Part shown: positions 9,581 to 16,100 of the stretch, piece by piece
Layout: each line of letters opens with the position of its first letter
How positions within the stretch are numbered: position 1 is the first letter of the stretch
DNA from: a virus
Taxonomy: Duplodnaviria; Caudoviricetes
IMG/VR virus record: IMGVR_UViG_3300045580_000209
Location: 1 to 37,672 of that record
Length of the DNA stretch: 37,672 nt
Reading direction: 5' to 3' (one strand)
Program-made: the position numbers and the translations under genes
Notes under the pieces: model-generated
What the model was told of the DNA's origin: nothing
Seen by the model: the letters and a program-made list of their open reading frames with translations, nothing else
The model's database searches: none

Positions 9581-10588
9581 TTAGACGACTACGTCGATGT
9601 TGTTAGTGGTCCATTCCTTGAATGCTTTATGGCCAGTCAAGGTACGGTCTTTAGCCAGACAGTCACGGATAAGTACAACCTGAAATTCCTTCGGCATGCG
9701 CCGTGCGTACTTCATGATGTTCTCAAAGGTGTTTGAGTCTGACCGAGTGGCCAAGGCACCAGTGATGGCATACAAGGTAGACGGATCGTTCGGGACCTTA
9801 GTCACCGACGGATTCTTAAGCAGGTCGTCAATGTCGGGCAGGTCTTTACGGATGGCACGATGCGCCAAGTATTCTCCTGCCGGACCATCACCGATCAACG
9901 AAGAGACGCCATAGAAAAAGTCATCCATGTGTGGCAGTTTGCGGTTGACCATCTCCCAGGTACGAGGCGTCGGAAACGAGTAATCGTTCGGGTCCATGTT
10001 GTGAAGCAAGGCTGGGCGGTAACGCAGGAACGAAATGATGCTGTCGTCGATGTTGTGCGTCAGAGCCCAGGCAGCCCAGTCGTCGATGTTTGCCTCGAGC
10101 AGGTAGTGCGCAAAGCGGTTCTTGACCGGGGTTGGCATCTCGTAAACAGCGGCTCGGTCTTGCGACCGGTTGCCTGCGGCTACGATGATGGTGTTTTCTG
10201 GCAGTGAATAAGTGCCGATCTTACGGTCAAGCGTCAGCTGCAGAAGAGCGTTCTGCGTTGCTTTCGGTGCGTTGGGCAGTTCGTCAATGAGCAGGACAAC
10301 TGTGCCGCTGTAGTTAGTATCGGGGTAGTCTTCTGGCACGCCGTAACGAGTGCGGTAAGTACCGTCGGCCTGCTCAACAACTTTCAGACCGCCACGGATG
10401 TCGACTGGGTCGAACAAGTTGGCACGGAGTTCGAACACCTTTGCGTTCAAACCCTCAGCAAACTGGTAAACAATTTGGGACTTACCGAGACCAGGCGGTC
10501 CCCAGATCATTGTCGGGATACTAGCGAAAGCGTTGGCACGAAGTTCGGTTTTGAGTTGGGTCGGACGAATAGAACGGGCAGTTCCCAT
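9581..10588 (-). CDS. MoxR-like AAA+ ATPase
   Basis: GPPGLGKS, LLIDELPNA, AAGNR, PVKNRF, PTPRTWE; adjacent to a vWA gene. Confidence 0.92.
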   Translation of the reverse strand: MGTARSIRPTQLKTELRANAFASIPTMIWGPPGLGKSQIVYQFAEGLNAKVFELRANLFDPVDIRGGLKVVEQADGTYRTRYGVPEDYPDTNYSGTVVLLIDELPNAPKATQNALLQLTLDRKIGTYSLPENTIIVAAGNRSQDRAAVYEMPTPVKNRFAHYLLEANIDDWAAWALTHNIDDSIISFLRYRPALLHNMDPNDYSFPTPRTWEMVNRKLPHMDDFFYGVSSLIGDGPAGEYLAHRAIRKDLPDIDDLLKNPSVTKVPNDPSTLYAITGALATRSDSNTFENIMKYARRMPKEFQVVLIRDCLAKDRTLTGHKAFKEWTTNNIDVVV

Positions 10589-10622
10589 TGGGTTAGTTCC
10601 TTGTGTTAGTGAATAGATAAGC

Positions 10623-10689
10623 GTGGTCCCTGAGTGCTCCTACGCTTTTGCGATGGAGTGGGGGTACGTAGGCCGCACCCAGAGACCAC
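10623..10689 (-). ncRNA. Candidate structured RNA in the MoxR gene leader
   Basis: 15-bp stem GTGGTCTCTGGGTGC/GCACTCAGGGACCAC whose two non-Watson-Crick positions are G-U only on the minus (coding) strand; inner CCTACG/CGTAGG stem. Confidence 0.55.
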
Positions 10690-10693
10690 ACGT

Positions 10694-10996
10694 TCAGTTT
10701 TTTGTTTTAATGACTTGTACCCAAGCTAGTTTCCGGTAAGGGAAACGCTTGGTTTTAACCCACCGCAGTTCTTCTTGTGGGATGTTACGTTTAGCCCACC
10801 ACAAGAAAATGGATATAAGTGCGCCGGCCCAGAGTCCGGCCATCATGCCAGCAAATGTGCCGGCAAAGATCCAAATGAAAAAGAATGTGAGCACAACGTC
10901 TAGGAAAATGTCGTATTTTGCGATGCGTTTAAGGTTTAGTTTAAGTAATAAAAAGATCATTGCTAAAGCAGCAAGTAGTCCGGATAAGAAAAACAT
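10694..10996 (-). CDS. Small membrane protein (about 3 TM)
   Basis: Three hydrophobic stretches and a basic C-terminus; in line with the operon. Confidence 0.8.
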   Translation of the reverse strand: MFFLSGLLAALAMIFLLLKLNLKRIAKYDIFLDVVLTFFFIWIFAGTFAGMMAGLWAGALISIFLWWAKRNIPQEELRWVKTKRFPYRKLAWVQVIKTKN

Positions 10997-11002
10997 GTTT
11001 TG

Positions 11003-11224
11003 TTACCAGTAGTGGATACCGTTTCGTTTTGAACGCCAGTTTGGTGCTGGCACATGGCGCCAGTCGTAGTCTCGTACTACAGAGAATGGTTTGAGTATTC
11101 GCTGTAACCAGGATCTATTTGTGTTTTTTGTGGTTGAGATCAGTCCCGTCAAGCCAGATCTCGCAAGAGTTTCCGGTGACGGCGTCACTACCTCGTTGGT
11201 GTGAAAACGTTTCCAGTTTTGCAT
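11003..11224 (-). CDS. Possible small hypothetical protein; true start probably downstream of 11224
   Basis: The 3' half fills the 11003-11115 gap and ends just before the next ATG; the 5' half overlaps another ORF. Confidence 0.35.
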   Translation of the reverse strand: MQNWKRFHTNEVVTPSPETLARSGLTGLISTTKNTNRSWLQRILKPFSVVRDYDWRHVPAPNWRSKRNGIHYW

Positions 11225-11312
11225 ATTGATGCCACTCCTTACCGGTCATTCTAAGTTCACGGTTTCGTTTGTAATCCCAACCGTAGTACTTAGTCCTCTT
11301 CCCAAGAACCAT
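11115..11312 (-). CDS. Hypothetical protein
   Basis: MVLGKRTKYYGWDY...; short overlap with the upstream gene, consistent with operon packing. Confidence 0.6.
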   Translation of the reverse strand: MVLGKRTKYYGWDYKRNRELRMTGKEWHQYAKLETFSHQRGSDAVTGNSCEIWLDGTDLNHKKHK

Positions 11313-11562
11313 GCGTCCATTCGTCATCATCGTTCTCGTATACAAAATCTGATTCACATAGCAGTGGTCGCTTTATGGCGTACTGCAGATTTTCAATAAG
11401 CTTCTGAGCTTCTTCGGGGTTATTACACTGGGTGTGAAGGCGGCTATGACCAGTCGGCGTGCCGTCGTCGTCATAGAATACTTCACGAAATTCATAATAA
11501 GAGTCTTCACCATCAAGGTATGTATCAAGTACATGGACAAGTCGAATGTTCCAGGAGCTCAT
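11290..11562 (-). CDS. Hypothetical acidic phage protein
   Basis: MSSWNIRLV...YEFREVFYDDDG pattern typical of small phage proteins; ATGA overlap with the upstream gene. Confidence 0.8.
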   Translation of the reverse strand: MSSWNIRLVHVLDTYLDGEDSYYEFREVFYDDDGTPTGHSRLHTQCNNPEEAQKLIENLQYAIKRPLLCESDFVYENDDDEWTHGSWEED

Positions 11563-11768
11563 CGTATTAGCCCACCTTTGTTGTTAAAGCCAATTATTTC
11601 CTGCCGGTTGGCAGGCACCATATAGTTGCTTTTATGCAACGGAAGTACAGGGTGCTTTATTTGTTTTGCTAGCGCTTCACCGCAGTCAAGGCACACTGTA
11701 TATCCAATAGCCACACGTTTTGCAGGCACGTGGTTTGTGTTGCATTCGGTGCAAGTTATGTCGTTCAC
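11559..11768 (-). CDS. C4 zinc-finger protein, DksA/TraR-like finger
   Basis: CTEC-x16-CLDC with an internal P..R. Confidence 0.7.
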   Translation of the reverse strand: MNDITCTECNTNHVPAKRVAIGYTVCLDCGEALAKQIKHPVLPLHKSNYMVPANRQEIIGFNNKGGLIR

Positions 11769-11770
11769 GG

Positions 11771-12046
11771 TTAGTGCTTTTTGATTTCTTCTAACCCGCT
11801 GACTAATTCAGCTGTGTTCTTACTTGCTTCCTGCATGAGGGTCAACATCGTCTTGAGGACGTTGTCTACTTCCTCCTGCGTGATTGAGTTTTCACTGGCG
11901 GCACGTGCTGTTCCAAGTGCGAACGCGATAGCAAGAGCAAATGTGCGCAGGAACATATCCAGGTTCTTGGCGAATCCTGCATCCATCAAGTCATGAATGG
12001 CTTTGGTCGCATGTTCTTGAAACGGGTTTACTTCTTCGTTACTCAT
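11771..12046 (-). CDS. Hypothetical helical protein
   Basis: Start MSNEEV at 12046 with SD GAAGGT; tightly packed. Confidence 0.7.
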   Translation of the reverse strand: MSNEEVNPFQEHATKAIHDLMDAGFAKNLDMFLRTFALAIAFALGTARAASENSITQEEVDNVLKTMLTLMQEASKNTAELVSGLEEIKKH

Positions 12047-12362
12047 GTTTAGTACCTTCGGTTCGTTGTTTAGTATTACCAATATTTCTGCCTAACAGTT
12101 TCCGTCGTCCGGATCTAGTGAACGTCATTAGTCGTACACGTTCAGTGTCCAGTTCTAAGCTTTCACATATCCAGTTAAATGACCCGGGGGTCAGTTCACT
12201 GTCAGACACGTAAGCGATTGCTGGCTGGCGCTCAGTATCTTCTTTACTGTCTAAATCTCGTACCGCTTGCAACAGCACACTGGCCCATAAGCCACGGTAG
12301 TTAGCGTTTGCTCTGGCGAGTTTATCCTCGTCTTCGTCAAACGCTGTCTGATAGGTGGTCAT
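12039..12362 (-). CDS. Hypothetical phage protein
   Basis: Start MTTYQT with SD GAGGTG; LWASVLLQAVRD...SFNWICESLELD pattern is common in small phage proteins. Confidence 0.78.
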   Translation of the reverse strand: MTTYQTAFDEDEDKLARANANYRGLWASVLLQAVRDLDSKEDTERQPAIAYVSDSELTPGSFNWICESLELDTERVRLMTFTRSGRRKLLGRNIGNTKQRTEGTKHE

Positions 12363-12498
12363 TGGGCACCTCGTTTGCAGCCTGTTCCCAAGCTGCTTCA
12401 CGTTCGGTTTGTTTGGGTGGAGTCTCGGGCTTCTTAAGCACGCGCGCTCCACGGATGTATACGTACTCGGGCTTGTTGTCTTTGTTTGTTACAGTCAT
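12337..12498 (-). CDS. Small hypothetical protein (53 aa, not in the ORF track)
   Basis: MTVTNKDNKPEYVYIRGARVLKKPETPP...DSV*, preceded by AGGTAAC. Confidence 0.65.
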   Translation of the reverse strand: MTVTNKDNKPEYVYIRGARVLKKPETPPKQTEREAAWEQAANEVPNDHLSDSV

Positions 12499-12523
12499 TA
12501 GTGGTTACCTATTAGTGGTCAGA

Positions 12524-12553
12524 TCCCCCTTCGACCGGGTGGCCGAAGGGGGA
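12524..12553 (-). other. Strong intergenic hairpin without U-tract
   Basis: TCCCCCTTCGGCC-ACCC-GGTCGAAGGGGGA just 3' of the 214-aa gene; possibly an mRNA stabiliser or processing site. Confidence 0.65.
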
Positions 12554-12568
12554 GTGACTTTGTGGTTG

Positions 12569-13213
12569 TTACGCTGCGCGGAGCTGCTTCATGAAGTCCT
12601 GGACTTCAGTGGCTTCCTGCTGCTCCTGGAGGCGAGTGACAATCTCTTCCATGAGTGGCAGTGCTTCGTGGAATGAGCTGCAGGTCTTGTCAACGTACCA
12701 GTTACCCTCTTCGTCGCGACTGCGCTGCTCGAACACCCACAACGGGGCGATGTCGGTCAGGTAGATCATCTTGGTAGCCAGCAAGCTGTGCAGGTGGCTA
12801 AGGGCCAAGAAGTCAATGTCAACGATCTCGGGGATCTTGTCGTTGTTGGCATACACACCGACGTAGTCGCCGACATCCTGGGAGAAGTCGAGACCGTTGT
12901 TCATGTCGGGCTTGTCATTAGCGATGTACAGGCGGCGAGCCGCCCAACAGACGCCGTTCATGACCGACTGGACGAAACTGAGCAGACGCTCAGGCTTGAA
13001 CGCGGGGCCCGGCTGCGGGACACCCTGTTCCAGTTCCGCTCGGACGGCGGCCTGGCGCTGACGCTGCAGAGCAAAGAAGGCGTAAGCGATACGCTCAAGC
13101 GGGTCGTCCGAAGGCTGGCTCTCGACGAACTTGGCGATGCCACCAAGGGTGGTGTTCTTCTCGGACATGTAACCGATGACGTTGGGGATGAAAGACTGGT
13201 TCTTGATAGTCAT
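12569..13213 (-). CDS. Hypothetical early protein (214 aa)
   Basis: Long ORF with SD AGGT and strongly C/G-ending codons. Confidence 0.85.
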   Translation of the reverse strand: MTIKNQSFIPNVIGYMSEKNTTLGGIAKFVESQPSDDPLERIAYAFFALQRQRQAAVRAELEQGVPQPGPAFKPERLLSFVQSVMNGVCWAARRLYIANDKPDMNNGLDFSQDVGDYVGVYANNDKIPEIVDIDFLALSHLHSLLATKMIYLTDIAPLWVFEQRSRDEEGNWYVDKTCSSFHEALPLMEEIVTRLQEQQEATEVQDFMKQLRAA

Positions 13214-13250
13214 GATTTGATACCTGTAAGTAGATGTTTAAGTGTTGCGG

Positions 13251-13424
13251 TTAGTACAGTTCGCGAATCTGCTTGGCCAACTCGTTGGCTTCGCTGATTG
13301 CATCCAGTGTTGACTCGAGGTCAACGTCCTGAGATTCGTGCCCAGAGAGCATCTGCTCCTGGTCCTGGAACAGGTTCCAGTTGAAGTTGTTGAAATTGAG
13401 GGAAACGTTGTACGGATTAGACAT
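13251..13424 (-). CDS. Small acidic protein (57 aa, not in the ORF track)
   Basis: MSNPYNVSLNFNNFNWNLFQDQEQ...QIRELY*, SD GGAG. Confidence 0.7.
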   Translation of the reverse strand: MSNPYNVSLNFNNFNWNLFQDQEQMLSGHESQDVDLESTLDAISEANELAKQIRELY

Positions 13425-13427
13425 GGT

Positions 13428-13595
13428 TTATTTCTCCAAGTGGTCCAGATCGTCTTCGATATCGAGCAACATAATTGTCATTACAGCTAACATGATCTCG
13501 TCGGGGTGCGCTTTGGCATATTCCAATGCACTCCTGGCTTTGTTAATTGCTAACTGTAGGGTTGAGGTTTTAATGGGCAATTTGAGTTGTTCCAT
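13428..13595 (-). CDS. Small protein (55 aa, not in the ORF track)
   Basis: MEQLKLPIK...ALEYAKAHPDEIMLAVMTIMLLDIEDDLDHLEK*, preceded by AAGGTAAC. Confidence 0.7.
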   Translation of the reverse strand: MEQLKLPIKTSTLQLAINKARSALEYAKAHPDEIMLAVMTIMLLDIEDDLDHLEK

Positions 13596-13625
13596 GGTCA
13601 GTTACCTTGGTGGTTTGAAATAGCT

Positions 13626-13735
13626 GCGGTGTAAGTAACCACCGCTCCTGCATGAAAGTTCGTTATCATGCTACGCGCTCGCTTTTTAGGTCGCGAGGAA
13701 CCTATGCATTTTGAGTTAAGCTGTTGGTGACTTAA
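13626..13735 (-). ncRNA. Candidate structured intergenic RNA (pseudoknot plus three hairpins)
   Basis: TTAAG/CTTAA hairpin; TAGGT/ACCTA stem whose loop CTCGC pairs with downstream GCGAG; GCATGA/TCATGC; GCGGTG/CACCGC. Confidence 0.5.
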
Positions 13736-13741
13736 TACATT

Positions 13742-14059
13742 TTAGTCCCTGACCGCGAGTACCGAAGGTACGAGCGCGTTTACGCTTTGGCTCCATCGGT
13801 AATACGACAGAGCGTCGCGTGCGTCGTCTTCGCTTTTGTAGTAACCGGATATCCGGTCGTATGGTTCATAGAGCCAGCTGCCGGTGATGTTGTTATAGGT
13901 GAACGAACAGCGTCCGATGTACCAGCCGGCACCAGAGAGCAAGACAAGTGGTGGCGAGACTGCGCAGGTGTCATGTGCTGGGTTTGGGATGGACTCGGTT
14001 ACATGTTTAAAGAACTCGGTTGAGCTGTTGAATGACAGTTCATCGTAATAGGTGTACAT
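13742..14059 (-). CDS. Hypothetical phage early protein
   Basis: SGAGWYIGR...EPYDRISGYY; SD AAGGA. Confidence 0.8.
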   Translation of the reverse strand: MYTYYDELSFNSSTEFFKHVTESIPNPAHDTCAVSPPLVLLSGAGWYIGRCSFTYNNITGSWLYEPYDRISGYYKSEDDARDALSYYRWSQSVNALVPSVLAVRD

Positions 14060-14061
14060 GG

Positions 14062-14289
14062 TCAGTTGTCCTTTGTTAGTGGTACACGGTCACTGATCAG
14101 GATCAGTAGTCGGTGCCAACCGCGGGGTTGGTTGGCTGCGAGAGACCACAATGCTTCGTAGGGTTTGTTGAGCACTGGGAGTTCTTCGTGCTCAACGTTA
14201 GCTATTTGAGCTAATCGGGCGATGGAGATCCGGAGCGAGATCAGATCGCGACGGGTTTGAGTCTCTTTGGTAGTGAACAGTGATTTCAT
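14062..14289 (-). CDS. Hypothetical protein
   Basis: SD AAGGA; first gene downstream of the leftward LexA-box element. Confidence 0.75.
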   Translation of the reverse strand: MKSLFTTKETQTRRDLISLRISIARLAQIANVEHEELPVLNKPYEALWSLAANQPRGWHRLLILISDRVPLTKDN

Positions 14290-14419
14290 GTTAGTGGTCC
14301 TTTGTTATATGGAATCCATGCGACAACGTCACATGAATATAGGAGATAGGGATTGGTCGTCATGCATAAAATGTTAGATGTGCGTTTTTGGTGCAAAGTG
14401 TTGTTTCTAAGCAACAAAG

Positions 14420-14444
14420 CTGTATGGACATACAGCATTGTCAA
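14420..14444 (-). promoter_or_regulatory. LexA (SOS) box with adjacent TTGACA, leftward
   Basis: Minus strand TTGACA-ATG-CTGTATGTCCATACAG; exact CTGT-N8-ACAG. The -10 element is not canonical. Confidence 0.7.
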
Positions 14445-14464
14445 CTGTTAGGGGTCGTTGTTAG

Positions 14465-14492
14465 TTGACAATTACTGGTTGTATATACAGTA
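14465..14492 (+). promoter_or_regulatory. LexA (SOS) box with adjacent TTGACA, rightward
   Basis: TTGACA-AT-TACTGGTTGTATATACAGTA; close to the consensus TACTG(TA)5CAGTA; TACAGT lies 15 nt after the -35. Confidence 0.7.
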
Positions 14493-14774
14493 GTGTGTGT
14501 CGGAAACAGCAAATGTGTGTAGGGTGTGTGTCGACTTTTAGGGGGGTGTGTGTCGAGTTTTTTCCTTATAAATCAATTGTGTGTTATGTGTGTCGTCTTT
14601 TTTGGCGTCACGAAAAAAAGAGACCTTGATTTTTTAAAACAAAACAGGTTTTTAGTCATGTTGGAGACCCCCCCTTTTCGTGACACACATTTGTCTTTTC
14701 GTTATAAATCAATAACTTGAAAAAACAAAGTTGACACACACGTTTTCGACACACATGACACACATGACACACAC
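14493..14774. repeat. Convergent TGTGTGTC repeat array, probable replication origin
   Basis: Four RTGTGTGTCG copies (14493, 14524, 14546, 14586) and five inverted YGACACACAY copies (14681, 14732, 14747, 14756, 14765) flank an A/T-tract centre; TTATAAATCAAT occurs twice. Confidence 0.75.
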
Positions 14775-14782
14775 TGTGCATA

Positions 14783-14898
14783 AAACGGACCGTTTATGCA
14801 TAAACCCGCACAACGGACCACTGGCAACTGTCCCATGAGCATACTACTGGTCACTGACCACTAGCCGATAGCACATGGCAGATTGCAACGGTCCGTTG
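14783..14898. repeat. Palindromic AACGGWCCGTT sites
   Basis: AAACGGACCGTTT 14783-14795, partial CAACGGACCA at 14811, CAACGGTCCGTTG 14886-14898. Confidence 0.6.
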
Positions 14899-14948
14899 AT
14901 AATAACGGGGAGCAGTTTTGCGTCGTGCTCAGGACGTTGGAGGATGCC

Positions 14949-15209
14949 TTAGGCAGCTGGCCGTTGATCGATGTCCTCTGGCAGTTGCAACTGCTCGAGG
15001 TCAAGGCTCGCTTGCACCGGTACGTAGTCCCTGAAGCGCACCGTTAGGTACGGCTTGTTGAACTTGTTGACGTTGATCCATACCGAAGCACGCACCAACT
15101 TGCCGCCGACCCTGGCAAGCCCAGTGAACTCTGGGTCTTGCTTACCGGGTCGCTTGGCGTTTGCAAAGAACGTGCCAGTCATGTCGATTGGAAGATTGAT
15201 AGTGGTCAT
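14949..15209 (-). CDS. Small DUF736-like protein, possibly ssDNA-binding
   Basis: GTFFAN.KRPGKQDPEFTG...ASVW...KPYLTVRF pattern; preceded by AAGGTAAC. Confidence 0.7.
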   Translation of the reverse strand: MTTINLPIDMTGTFFANAKRPGKQDPEFTGLARVGGKLVRASVWINVNKFNKPYLTVRFRDYVPVQASLDLEQLQLPEDIDQRPAA

Positions 15210-15238
15210 TTGTAGTTACCTTTGGTTGGTAGTAATTG

Positions 15239-15436
15239 TTAGTGGGTATTGCATTTGATAAAGCGGTTGGCGATCAGATAGTCGATTGCCCATTGGGGCA
15301 GATCGTTGATGAGCCCTTCGAATAGCGGCTCACCTGCACTACTCGTCGTCAACGTACAACGGTCACCTCGTAGGGTTACGAGGGTTTGGTTGGGCAGCTC
15401 AACGGTCGCTGCCATTAGTCCTGATTGAATGGTCAT
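15239..15436 (-). CDS. Hypothetical early protein
   Basis: Start MTIQSG just after the upstream stop; SD GGGAG. Confidence 0.65.
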   Translation of the reverse strand: MTIQSGLMAATVELPNQTLVTLRGDRCTLTTSSAGEPLFEGLINDLPQWAIDYLIANRFIKCNTH

Positions 15437-15438
15437 GG

Positions 15439-15651
15439 TCACTCCCACCGGCACTCGGCCTGTTGTTCGTTGACACGGTTCCAGTAAGCACGCAGCTCGA
15501 GCTTTGCTTCCTCGAGGTCGTTCTTGCAGTCGTCCAGGACCTGCACGTAGTCCTCCTCCGACCAACACTCGGCGACCCAATGGCCGCCGAGGTCGTAGTT
15601 GTCGTATGCGTACTTCTCGAGCAGTTGAACGTTGTTAGTTGTCATGGGCAT
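15439..15651 (-). CDS. Hypothetical acidic early protein
   Basis: TAATG coupling to the upstream gene; YAYDNYDLGGHWVAECW. Confidence 0.78.
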   Translation of the reverse strand: MPMTTNNVQLLEKYAYDNYDLGGHWVAECWSEEDYVQVLDDCKNDLEEAKLELRAYWNRVNEQQAECRWE

Positions 15652-15833
15652 TAGTCCTTGGTAACTGTACGGAAGTAGATGGCAATGGCGCCTGTGAGCA
15701 GGGACCAGCCGATGAATGCCTTCTGCATTTCCTCGGCAGTGAAGTCAAGGAAGCCAGCAGGAGGGGAGAAGGACGCGATGAATATGATTGCTGAGCCGAT
15801 GAGGATGATCGTTGATGTACGGTAGTTGTCCAT
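15651..15833 (-). CDS. Small 2-TM membrane protein
   Basis: Two hydrophobic segments; preceded by AGGTAAC. Confidence 0.75.
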   Translation of the reverse strand: MDNYRTSTIILIGSAIIFIASFSPPAGFLDFTAEEMQKAFIGWSLLTGAIAIYFRTVTKD

Positions 15834-15888
15834 GGTTAGTTACCTGTGGTTAGAGGTGGGGAGGTTGGAGGTCCCTCCCCGTTGGGGG

Positions 15889-16056
15889 TTAGCTGAAGAG
15901 GTTGAGAACGCCGAGGACGAAGAGAGCTGCCATGTCGGGCTTCTCTTTGGCGTAGGCGATGACGTTGTTGGATGCTTCCTTAGCCTTTTGGGCTGCGAGG
16001 TATCCAGCGTCGGGGGTCTGATCCTGGGTGGTGGTGTTGGTGTTGTTGTCGTTCAT
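15889..16056 (-). CDS. First early gene: small tail-anchored protein (55 aa)
   Basis: SD CAGGAG before ATG 16056; MNDNNT...YAKEKPDMAALFVLGVLNLFS. Confidence 0.75.
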   Translation of the reverse strand: MNDNNTNTTTQDQTPDAGYLAAQKAKEASNNVIAYAKEKPDMAALFVLGVLNLFS

Positions 16057-16100
16057 GAGATGTACTCCTGTAGAAGTGATAGATACATAATGGATACTGA

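Noticed and set aside
14493-14774. Repeats as a mini-CRISPR array, or the 64-aa ORF 14526-14720 as a gene
   Set aside because: Repeats are about 10 bp, irregularly spaced and switch orientation; the ORF is low-complexity with no SD.
15857-15888. G/C-rich hairpins after the first early gene
   Set aside because: Several competing low-complexity pairings and no U-tract; too ambiguous to call.
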